Shown here piece by piece: positions 51,007-61,183 of a stretch of 64,000 nt of DNA; position 1 is the stretch's first letter, and each line of letters opens with the position of its first letter. This DNA comes from Candidatus Binatia bacterium. GTDB lineage: Bacteria; Desulfobacterota; Binatia; Bin18. Where the stretch lies: the NCBI GenBank assembly GCA_963664395.2, contig OY761159.2, positions 3,200,001-3,264,000 of the forward strand. The letters run 5' to 3'. Both the position numbers and the translations under genes were made by a program. The notes beneath the pieces were generated by a model. That model had not been told where the DNA came from, made no database searches, and worked only from the letters and a program-made list of their open reading frames with translations.

Positions 51007-52044
51007 ATGGATTTTGGATTACTGTTGCCGTTTCGGAATCCGAAACAATGGGAAGTGCCGTTTCCGCAGCTCTACCGGGACCATATCGAGCAAGCGGTCC
51101 TGGCCGAGGAGTTGGGCTACGATCATATCTGGACGACCGAGCACCATTTTGCGGACGACGCCTGGTCGCCGTCCCTCCTGCCGCTTTTGTCCGCCATGGC
51201 CATGAAAACCAGCCGGATTCGACTCGGGACCTATATCATTATCCTGCCTCTGCATAACCCGGTCCGCGTCGCGGAAGATGCCGCAACCGTGGACATCCTC
51301 TCCAACGGGCGGCTCGACCTGGGCCTCGGGCAGGGCTATTGGCTGAGCGAATTCGCCAGTTTTGGCATTCCGCGCAAAGAGCGTGCGGCGCGGCTCGAAG
51401 AAGGAACCGAGATTATCCGGCGCTGCTTTACCGAAGACAGCTTCTCCTTTGAGGGTAAGCACTACAATCTGCGCGAGGTTGTCCTGGCTCCCAAGCCCGT
51501 CCAAAAGCCGCACCCGCCGATCTGGATTGCGGCGATGGCGGAAAAATCGGTCGCCCGGGCCGCGAGGCTGGGTTACCATCTGGGCGGTAGTGGCGGGGCT
51601 GATTTGCAGCACATGTATGATGCCGGACTCCAGCAGTATGGGCGTAATACGGACGACTATCACATTGCCCAACTGCGGGCGGTCTATGTGGCCGAGAGCC
51701 GAGAACAAGCCTGGGACGACGTGGAACCGCATCTGCACTATATGATGAGTTCCTATGACCGGCGCTTCAAAGAGGCTGACGACCTGCCCTGGAGTGACTC
51801 GGTCATGTCCACCCCGACGGTGCCACCGGTAGGCGAGCTGCGCCACGTCAAGGACCTGTCCTTTTTCCAAGCGCCGCTCATTATCGGCACCCCGGACGAC
51901 GCCATTCAGGAGATTGAGCGCTACAGCGCGGAAACGCGCGTCACCCACCTGGTGATGTGGATGCAGATGGCTGGACTCGATCCGCAAAAATCCCAGCGGT
52001 CAATGGAGCTGTTTGCCAAAGAGGTCATGCCGCATTTTCGGTAG
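51007..52044 (+). CDS. LLM-class flavin-dependent oxidoreductase
   Basis: AEELGYDHIWTTEHHF, NPVRVAEDAATVDILSNGRLDLGLGQG. Confidence 0.9.
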   Translation: MDFGLLLPFRNPKQWEVPFPQLYRDHIEQAVLAEELGYDHIWTTEHHFADDAWSPSLLPLLSAMAMKTSRIRLGTYIIILPLHNPVRVAEDAATVDILSNGRLDLGLGQGYWLSEFASFGIPRKERAARLEEGTEIIRRCFTEDSFSFEGKHYNLREVVLAPKPVQKPHPPIWIAAMAEKSVARAARLGYHLGGSGGADLQHMYDAGLQQYGRNTDDYHIAQLRAVYVAESREQAWDDVEPHLHYMMSSYDRRFKEADDLPWSDSVMSTPTVPPVGELRHVKDLSFFQAPLIIGTPDDAIQEIERYSAETRVTHLVMWMQMAGLDPQKSQRSMELFAKEVMPHFR

Positions 52045-52058
52045 GAGGAGTCCATCTT

Positions 52059-52290
52059 ATGCCGTCCACCGCACGTGTTGCCGGTGTCTGTGATCCGGCA
52101 TTCAAGGCCGTCCGCGAAGCGCTTGAGCAAAACCTGGCCGATGGTGAAGAGATTGGCGAGTGTGTTGCCGTTGTTGTGAATGGCAAGATGGTTGTTGATT
52201 TGTGGGGTGGGTATAAGGATAGGGCACGGACGCAGCCCTGGGAGCGCGATACGCTCGTATGCATGTTCTCGGTCGGAAAGCCGCTCTCCT
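52059..52290 (+). pseudogene. Truncated serine hydrolase (beta-lactamase/EstA family)
   Basis: GVCDPAFKAVRE..VVDLWGG..PWERDT..FSVGK (SxxK), then similarity ends at the island edge. Confidence 0.78.
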
Positions 52291-52404
52291 TCAGACAGGC
52301 AATGTGCAGGGAAAATCCGGCGGCTGCGGTGACGAATAGTGAGATAGGTAGGAAAAATAAAGAGTTTTCTGTTTTCAATTAAGAGAGGGCATCGGCCCCG
52401 TCGC

Positions 52405-52418
52405 CTATCAAATGATAG
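52405..52418. promoter_or_regulatory. CTATCA-AA-TGATAG palindrome (copy 1 of 3)
   Basis: Also at 60430-60443 and 63249-63262 with shared flanks. Confidence 0.55.
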
Positions 52419-52463
52419 AAAAGTGACCCCGGCCGGTCCTGCGCATGTTGCCGGGCCGGGGTG
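52419..52463 (-). terminator. Probable terminator after the giant surface-protein gene
   Basis: ACCCCGGCC..GGCCGGGGT stem followed by CACTTTT on the minus strand. Confidence 0.55.
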
Positions 52464-52473
52464 AGCAGAGCCG

Positions 52474-55400
52474 CTACTCCACAGCCGTCATCACAAAATT
52501 CTGACTGTTCTGTTGCCACTCCAACAGCACGCTCTGCCCCAGGCGCGGAAAGTCGTCCACCACACATTCTCCCTCGGCCCCCCGTAGAAACTCGTGCCCC
52601 AAGGTCGTCACCCGCACCGTGGCCCGGCCCAACTCCACCGCGTCCACGTAGGCCACCACGGTATGCTCCCCCTCCCCCAACAGGTTCCAGTTGAACAACA
52701 ACCCAAACCCATTGTCCGTATCCCCACACACCGCCAGCGTGTCCACCCGTTCCGTCCCATACGCCGCCACCTGCCGCCCGGCAGTCCCAATCGCCAGCTC
52801 GACCGTGTCGGCGTCACACACCCAGCCCGACAGCACCCGGACCCCACTCTGAAAGGAGTTATGCCCCGGATTCTCCAGAACCCCTGTCAGGGCGCTTGTC
52901 CGGCCCGTGGTAGCCCCGGCCGGGGGACTTCCCCCCGCAATCACGAAGTTCTGACTGTTCTGCTGCCACTCCAGGGTCACGTACTCGCCCAGGGTCGGGA
53001 AGTCTTCGGCCTCGCACGTCCCCGTTACGTTCCGCAGAAACTCCTGTCCCAGGGTCGTCACCATCACCGTCGCCCGACCCAACTCTACGCCATCTACGAG
53101 CGCTACGACTTCATGCTCCCCGTCTCTCAACAGGTTCCAGTTGAACAAGAGACCAAAGCCATTATCCGTATCCCCACACGCCCCGGCCGTATCTAACCGC
53201 TCCGTCCCATACGCCGCCTCCTGCGGCACCCCGTTCAACTCGATCTCCACTCTCTCCGCCTCGCACACCCAGCCCGACAGGACGCCCACCCCACTCTGGA
53301 AGGAATCGGCGCCGGGGTTCCCCAGAGTGCCCCGCACGAAGGTGACGACTATGTCGTACACCCCGGTCGCCCCGCCCTGCCCTTGCACGGCCACCACGAC
53401 CGGGCCGGCCTCGACGCGCGCGCCAAGCCGCTCGGCCGGCGGATTGTTCCCTGTAGGGCCGGAGGCCAAGACTGCGTCGTTCTGCCAGATGGTGCCCCGG
53501 GTCTGTACGCCGCCGGTGGTGTCCACAAAGAGGAGTCCTTGGCCGGGGGCGGTCACGGTAAAGTAATCCATGTCGGCTGTGGGGCAGATGGCCCCCACCG
53601 TCACACTAGCCAGTGCAAGACTGGTGGCCTGCGCAGCGCTGTTGCCGTGGACGTCGTCCTGTGGACAGGCGCCACCGCCGCCGCCACCACCACCGCCACC
53701 ACCACCGCCGCCGACGATGGAAGATGAACTCTGCGGGCGGGGCAGAGTCACTGTCTCTTCCGCCGCCACCATCACTGGCTCTGTTTTGCGCGTCTCCTGG
53801 ACGTCGGTATAGGTGACCCTGACCCGCAGATGTTTGCCGAGGTCGGCGTCCACTGGCGTATAGGTGTCTGTCGTGGTCGAGGTGCAGTCGACCATGATAA
53901 TGTCGCCCGGGGGGAAGGTTGGGAATTGGGACCGCTCCCAGCACCAGTCGTCGGGGGTTGTCGGGGCCGGGTTCACGCCGTCCGGGTCGCTCACCGTCGC
54001 GGTGAGTTCTCTCCCCAACTGGGGCTGATTCGACGACAGACGGACCATGCCGAGGGCATCCTCTATCGTGACAGTCACATCCAGGGTCCCGGTGAATGTC
54101 CCGTCGGAGGCTTGCACGGTCACCTCATACTCTTTGTCCGTGTTGTTGGGGTCCTCATAGTCCGGTGACTGCTGGAAACGCAGCACTCCGTTCGAGATGG
54201 TAAAGGCATCTTTATCCGTCCCTTCCACCGACCACGTCAGCCGGACGTTGGCCGGGTTGCGCGCCGTGTACGTGGCCACCGGACTCCTACCACCCTCTCC
54301 GTACGCGGGGGCGGGCTCTCCCTCCACCTCGGGTGGGTCATCATCGGTGATGGTCACGGTCACCGGCCTCACAGTCGTCGACTGCACCCCTTGGGTGTTC
54401 TCCGCCCGCCCCGTCACGGTCACCTGCTTGTCCGCCTCGTCCTCCGAGTTGTTCTGCGCCGTGAGCGTTGCACTCCCCCTACTCTCCATCTCCCCTGCCA
54501 GAATCGTCAGGCTCGTCCCGCTCAACGTAAAGGCGTCGTCCACCGCCGGATGCACCGGCGTTGCCGACACCTCGACCTCTGTATCCTCGCTCGACGGATG
54601 ATTGAGCGTCGCCATCACTGTCGTGCTGCTATCCACGCCACTCTCCGTGATCGAATCCGCCGACAACTCCAACATCACCGTCGGTGGAGCGTCGTTGTCC
54701 GTGATCGTCACCGTCGTCGGCGTCACCGTCAGCCCCGTAGTACTGCCCCCCACCGTCACGGTCTCGTCCGGCTCATCAATGATGTCATTCACCGGCATCA
54801 GGGTGAAGGTCACCGTCCCGCTCGGCTGATCCGCCGCAATCGTCAGCGTGGAGACGTTCGCCACGGTGAAGTCCGTATCCAGCATGGCCGTGCCAGCCGT
54901 GACCGCGACCGTCACCACGGTGGCGGCCGAGCGGGGCGCGCCATCCAACTCGCTCGTCACGGTCACCGTCCTGCTGCTGGTGTCCTCTGACACGGCCTCC
55001 GGGGTCACGCGCAGGGTCACGGCCGTGGACGGACTCTCGTCGTCGGTCACGGTCACCGCCACGGAGGCCGCGCTCTCCCCTGCGTAATCCCCGCCACTGA
55101 CCGTATGCGTAATCGTCGCGGTCTCGGGCGGGACGTTCTCCACTTGGTCGTTGGTCGTCTCCACCGTCACCGTCTGGACGGCGTCCCAGTCCTTGGCCAT
55201 GAACGTCAGACTGGGCTTGTCCACGCGGATCTCCGTGTCGTCGGACGCCACGGAGATCGTCACCGTGGCGGTCGGCTCGGAGTCCAGCACCACCGTGTAG
55301 GTGCCGGTGCTCCCCTCCCGAATCGACAGCATGGCCTTACTCACCGTCACCCCGCGGGTGTCGTCATCCGTAATGGTCAGGTCCACCGGAGCGAGGCCGG

Positions 55401-58400
55401 TCACCAGGCGGTTGGTCGTCGTGCCACTCACTTGCACGGTCTTATTGGGGGCGTCCACGTCGTTGGGCTGAGCTTTCAGCGTCACCGTCCCACTGCTGAC
55501 CGTCGCCCCCGCTGCGATGGTCAGCGTCCGGTTGCTACTCAGCGTCACGTCGCCCGTCGGGGCTGAGACCGTCACGGTCGTCACGGCGCTCGACGCCGTG
55601 TCCAGCTCTGCCGTGACCATGCTGCTCTCCGTGCCGGCCTCGCTGATGGAGGTATCGGACAGGTACAGCTTGACCACCGGCGCGGCCTGCACCGGTGCCG
55701 TCTCCACCGCCGCACTCTTCCCGGCCCCCTGGCGGTCGGTATAGGTCACGGTGGCCCGCAGATACCGTCCCACGTCGGCCATCATCGGCGTATACTGCGT
55801 GGCGGTGGAGACGGTGATATCGGTCCAGGTGCTCTGGTCGGTGGACCACGCCCACTGCCAGGCGATGTCGATCAGACCGCCGTCCGGGTCACTGAGCGTC
55901 GCCGTCAGTTGCTGGCGTTCCTGCGCCGGGGTCCCCGTCAGGGTCACCATCCCCGCTTCGTCCACGTTGACGATATTGATCATCACGGTGATGCTGTCGT
56001 CCGTCGCCGTGTCGGCTGCGTCCTGGTAGCTCTTGCTGTCCCGGACCGACACGGTGACTGTGTAGCGGGGCTTGGTCTCGTAGTTCAGCGCCGCCTGGGT
56101 CCGCAACTGCCCGGTGGACGTGTGGAGGGTGAAGGACGCGGCGTCGGTCCCGCTCAGACTGTAGATCAGCGCCGTGTCGTCGGGGTCGGTGGCCGAAACG
56201 GGGAGGCCGATAGCGACGCCCGTGGCCGTGTTCTCGGCCACGCTGCGGGTCGTGGTGCTGGTGCCGTCATCGAACGCCGGCTTCTGGTTCGGGGTCGTAG
56301 TCAACGCCAGCTGGGCACTGCGCGTGCCTTCCCCGCCGTCCACGACCGCGGCCACCTGATAGACGTAGGTGGTGCCGCCGCGCACGGTGCGATCGGTGTA
56401 AGCACGTGCGGTGAGGTCCTCGGCAACGGCCGCCACGGTGGAGCCGGTGCGGCGGTAGACGGTGTAGGTCACGGCCGGCGGCGAGGTCCAGGGGCTCGTG
56501 ACCGCAGACCAACTCAGCTCCACGAGACCCCTACTAATCGTCACTACTGTCAGGTCTGGGCCGGCGCGGAGCTGATGGCCGAACTCCTGCCAGTCGTCCG
56601 CCCCGAGCGCTGGGTACTGGCTGGCCGTGCCGAAGTCCCAGGGGGCGTCGTTATTGCCGTCGCCGTCCAGGTCTACGTTCCAGTCGGCATAGATGCCGCC
56701 GGTGATATATCCGGTGGGGGTCTGTAATTGCGTGGTGGTTTTGCCCTCGCCATGATTCCCGGTCATGCGGCCTGACGTGTCTGTGTCCCAGTAGCTGGCG
56801 GTGATCGGGCCCTTGTTCTGCCCGACCAGCCCGCCGACATCGGTGCCGCCTGACACCCCCCCGGCCGCATAGCTGTTTGTGATGGTGTCGTCGTTCAACC
56901 CGACCAGCCCGCCGACAAGGGATTTGCCCGAGACGTACTCGGCGGCGTAGCTGGTGTGAATCGTGCCGTCGTTCAACCCGACCAACCCCCCGACAGATTG
57001 AGTGCCTGACACCCGCCCCGTCGCGTAGCTGATGTGAATCGTGCCGTCGTTCAACCCGACCAGCCCGCCGACATCGAAGCCGCCTGACACGCGTCCAGTG
57101 GCGTAGCTGCCCTGAATCGTGCCGCTGTTCTGTGCCCGATCAGCCCGCCGACATCGAAGCCGCCTGACACCCCCCCGGTCGCATAGATGTTTATGATGGT
57201 GCCGTCGTTCCGCCCGACCAGCCCGCCGACAACATTTTCCCCCGTCACATCGACATCGACCACTCCGACAAAGCGAATGGCACCAGACGAGCCTATGGAG
57301 CCGAACAACCCGACGTTATTAGTGCGTCGGTCAATGAACAGGTTCCGGATGGTGTGGTCGTTGCCCTCAAAGGTCGCGCTGAATGGGTTACTGTTCGTCC
57401 CGATGGGCACCCAGCCAGCGCCGCTATTCCAGTACTCGTCGTCCACGTCAATCTGGCCGTCGCCGTCGGTGTCGAAGTCCAGGTCCGCGGCCAGTTCATA
57501 GCCCACGCACTCCCGGTTCCTCGTGCGGCAGACCACCCGCGTCACATTGGGAAACGCCGCAGCATACGCGGTCGCTCCAGCGGGCGTCGGGATACCGTCG
57601 CCGTTTGGGTCGTGCCCCATCGCATCCAACTGCGCCAGGGTCGCAACTTCAAGCAGCCCGTCAGCGTCCGTGTCGTACAGCGGCTCCGGGGTATTGTTCG
57701 TTACCGCCAGTCCAGAGAAGGCGGCCATCAGGTTGCCAGCCACATCCCGAAGCGGCCGCGTCCCCGGTGTATAGCTCAGCGTCACGGCCTGGTCATGGGC
57801 AACATGGGAGTCCAGCGTCATCGTCACAGTCCGCCCGGACACTACGACGGAGTTGACCGCTACCCTCGTACCATCGGCGGTGACCGTCAACGCGCTCGCC
57901 GCCGGCACTGACAGCTCGTCCAGTGCCTCGTTACACGCCAGCGTCACGGTGTCGCCGTCCACAACCGGAAAGAGCACCGCCGTCGGCGCGACGCCGTCCA
58001 CGGCGTGGCTGCTGGTGGCCTCGATTGCATCATGGTTGAGCCCGGCGTCCCGGTTCGCGGTGTCCTTGATCGTCGTCCCACTGGGCAGCGACAGGCTGTT
58101 CGCGAGCATAGTCACCCCTTCGGGACCTCTCTGGTTGACCGCCACGGTGTAGGTGAAGACCAGCACCTCACTCGCGCTTCGGTCGGCCTGATACACCATC
58201 TCATATGATAGAAATCCGATCGTCAGCGCGATGCTGGGTGTGCCGGTCACAGTGATGGGCTTGGTGAAGACTACCGCGACCGCAATCTCCTCCCCCGCTG
58301 CATATCCCCCCCGGGGGTCTGAGATGAGCGCCACCGTGCTGACGCTCGGCGCAGCCGTGGTGGTAGGGTCGTTGTCGGTCAGCGTCACCGTGGCGGTAGC

Positions 58401-59612
58401 CTGACTGCCGACCGCCACCCCTGCGGGCAGCGGTGCGCCAAAGCCCAAGATCACCGTCTCTTCGTCCTCTTGGCGGCTGTCCTGATTCGCGCTGAAGGTG
58501 AAGGTTCGTGAGGTCTGGTTCTCCCCAAAGGTGATGCTCGCCGGGAGGGTATAGTCGCCGGGCCAGGCGCCGTCCGTACTTGTCGCGGTAAGCGGAATGG
58601 GCAGGTCGAGCGTACGCCCCGGCGCGGCGTCCAGCCGCACCGTCACGGGTACCGTTCCGCCTTCGGTCACCGCGTATGCCCCCGCATCGAAAGAGACCTT
58701 CACGGCCCGGCCCTGCCGGAATTCGGCCACGGTCGTGCGGGTTTCGTTGAGTCTCAGCGCGGCGTTGGCCGGCCCATCCACCGCATTCGTGGTCTGGGTG
58801 CCAGCCACACCCATGGGATCGCCGTTGTTCCTTGGGTAGGAATTGGACGGGTTTGAAAAATAGAGCACCCTCTCACAATCGAAGCGAGGATTATTTTGGC
58901 TACACTGAGTTTTGTACGCCATAATCGTGGTCCAGCGCTTGGAAGTCGCCGCGCCCTCCTCGAACGCCTTCTGGTTCACATAGCCGTAGGCGTAAGGATA
59001 GTTTGGGGGACACAGAGGATTGTCAGTATCGTGCCGACATTCTACATACCGGTCGTGGCGAAGCCCCATGAGGTGGCCCAGTTCATGAGCGAAGATACCC
59101 GCGTCGGCTATGGAAACGCCAAAGGCAAGGCTAGCGAATTTCGTTGATCGCGCGCCCATGAAATTCGCGAGTCCGCCGTCCCGCGAGCGGAGCAGAATGA
59201 CAGCGTCCGCCCACATCCGGTCACGGATGGTGTGGACTTCGTCCATATAGCCGTCCGACTTACTCTGAAGACGGTCGAGATCGACATACATCGCGTCAAT
59301 GGCTGTAAAAGCCGACCCTGTTGACATCGACTCGGTGTATCCCACCACCTCCTCCACGGCCACCAGATTAATGGTCTGGCTCACACCGCTGTCTGCGTAG
59401 GCCATATTGGTGGCGACGACCAGCTCATCGATCTTGGTCTTGATCTGCGCGGTCCCGCCATGGGCGGTTTTGGCCTGAGGCGTGTAAAAAACGGCGACAT
59501 CAATCACCGACTCCGACTGCGCGTGTGCAGTGCCAGCCAGGAGGGGCAGCAGCAACAGCGCCAGGAGCAGCACGCACTTGATGTTGGGGGAAGAAAGAGT
59601 CCAGGGCGGCAT
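52474..59612 (-). pseudogene. Giant secreted metalloprotease-adhesin (M12/reprolysin-like, Calx-beta, SwmB-like, GLUG, FN3, cadherin-like, PPC-like, two C-terminal repeats) split by a 2-nt frameshift at ~57131-57134
   Basis: Signal peptide, HELGHLMGLRH zinc motif, VGGLVG.N.GTI GLUG repeats, LNYE/DYE cadherin motifs; removing one CA from GGG-CACA-GAAC joins ORFs 57051-59612 and 52474-57090. Confidence 0.8.
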
Positions 59613-60244
59613 CAGTGCTGGTGGTCAGTCTCGGAATAGAGCGCATCCGCCCCGCAGTCGAGCGGGGGCTCTTCCACCTCGCTAATGGCATACAGGCCGT
59701 CGCCCACCGAGCGGATCTCGTAGAGTTCGCCCAGCAGCCGCACCGTGCCCGCCACGGCCTCCCCATTGACGACCAGCGTCATCGTCCCGAGCGGCTCTTC
59801 AACCAGATGGCCCGCTACGGAATAGCCGCCCGAAAACGTGGGGGCCGTCCGCTCCACCAGGCCCGTGACGACCACATCGTCGAACAGATTGAAGGTCAGC
59901 GTCGTACCCGGTGCGGGTGCCGAACTGGATTTGTCCGTGCGCGTGGACGTGCCTTTGGTGTGCGCCGTCTGGCCGGGAGGTCCGGCGACGGCGGCTTGGA
60001 CTTGCGTCAGGTCCATGGTCACCATCCGGCTGCGCACCGTCAGATCGTCGGACGCTAGTGCCGGCGGGGGTGGCGCATTGACGGGCGTAAAGAGGTCGGC
60101 CGCCTGCCCCTCGACCGGGGGGGCGCCCAGTACCGCCAGCAGCACCCCCATGCCGGCGGCGAGGCAGCGGGGGGAGCACACGCGCCAGCCCCGGCCTCTC
60201 CTGGCGGTGTCATCAAAAGAAACTCTCATCGCCCTAGCCTTCAT
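59612..60244 (-). CDS. Secreted protein resembling a stand-alone metalloprotease prodomain
   Basis: Signal peptide; FNLFDD..G..ER..G.M.LVVNG..V.GTVR..YEIR..PLDCG; stop overlaps protease start (TGATG). Confidence 0.6.
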   Translation of the reverse strand: MKARAMRVSFDDTARRGRGWRVCSPRCLAAGMGVLLAVLGAPPVEGQAADLFTPVNAPPPPALASDDLTVRSRMVTMDLTQVQAAVAGPPGQTAHTKGTSTRTDKSSSAPAPGTTLTFNLFDDVVVTGLVERTAPTFSGGYSVAGHLVEEPLGTMTLVVNGEAVAGTVRLLGELYEIRSVGDGLYAISEVEEPPLDCGADALYSETDHQH

Positions 60245-60429
60245 CTCTGGTCTGGTCTGACAGAACCGCCGGGGATAAACCCTGTCCGCAGGGCGGAGCG
60301 CGGGCCGCTCCTACGATCTCAGCGGGCTGTCGGGTCCAAAATCCTCATTGTTTTGTTGCCTCTCCAACGTGGTTGCCACCGCCGCCTCAGGGAGGGACCT
60401 CTGTACTACAATGACGCGGTCCCCGTCAC

Positions 60430-60443
60430 CTATCAAATGATAG
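60430..60443. promoter_or_regulatory. CTATCA-AA-TGATAG palindrome (copy 2 of 3)
   Basis: 60430-60461 matches 63249-63280 at 31 of 32 nt; ~190 nt upstream of the minus-strand start at 60244. Confidence 0.55.
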
Positions 60444-60679
60444 AAAAATGATTCGGTCCGGTGGTCCGGCGAGCGCGGCGACCGACAACACTAGTCGTAC
60501 CGAGCCCACCTGCCCGGCGAGGCGGTGTGGTTACGGCGGCCCAAGCCAGCGGAGGACGGGCGACGGCACGGACGGGAGTTAAGGGGGCAAAGAGCAGGCC
60601 GGGAGGGAAGCCGAGGGCGCCGTCAGGGGCAGGCGGATACGAAGGCTGCTGGGCAGAGGCCGTTAGTGCGGTTTACGAT

Positions 60680-60897
60680 AAGATGCAACCCTGGCCGAGT
60701 TGCGCGCCGCCGTGGGCGTGCCGGTCCGTCTCTCCCCGGTCTGGCGGGCCGTACACCGCTTAGGGCTGACCGTAAAAAAGTCCTGCACGCTGCGGAACAA
60801 GACCGGCCTGATGGCGGAGCGGCCCGGCAGCGCTGGCGCGCCCAAGCGGCCCACCTCAATGCGCACAGCCTCGTCTTCCTGGATGAGACAGCTGTGC
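60680..60897 (+). mobile_element. IS630-family transposase remnant
   Basis: DATLAELRAAVGV..VWRAVHRLGLTVKK / KKVLHAAEQDRPD..LVFLDETA across an AAAAAAG slippery site (60774-60780). Confidence 0.75.
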
Positions 60898-61075
60898 GCA
60901 TGTGGATACAGCACGGCGTGGGGCACCCGACTCTGTGTCACTTCTCCCCGTAGACGCCGGGAAAAGGAGGCGAACCGATGATCCAGGCGCGTATCGAATG
61001 CGTGCAGCCGCTCCTCGATGCGCTGCTCAACGGCCGCAACTGTGTGCTCCAAGCGGTCCTTGATGAGGGGCAGGC

Positions 61076-61183
61076 GCGCGTGCACAGGACGGTCTGCCAG
61101 GAGACGATCTCTTGCCGATACCGATAAGCCACCGGCCATGAATGTGCTCTGCCTTTGCGGGCATGAGAGGGGGGGCAAGTCCC
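61076..61183. repeat. 108-nt conserved non-coding element directly 3' of surface-protein genes
   Basis: Matches 63294-63401 with 4 mismatches (counted by eye). Confidence 0.85.
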
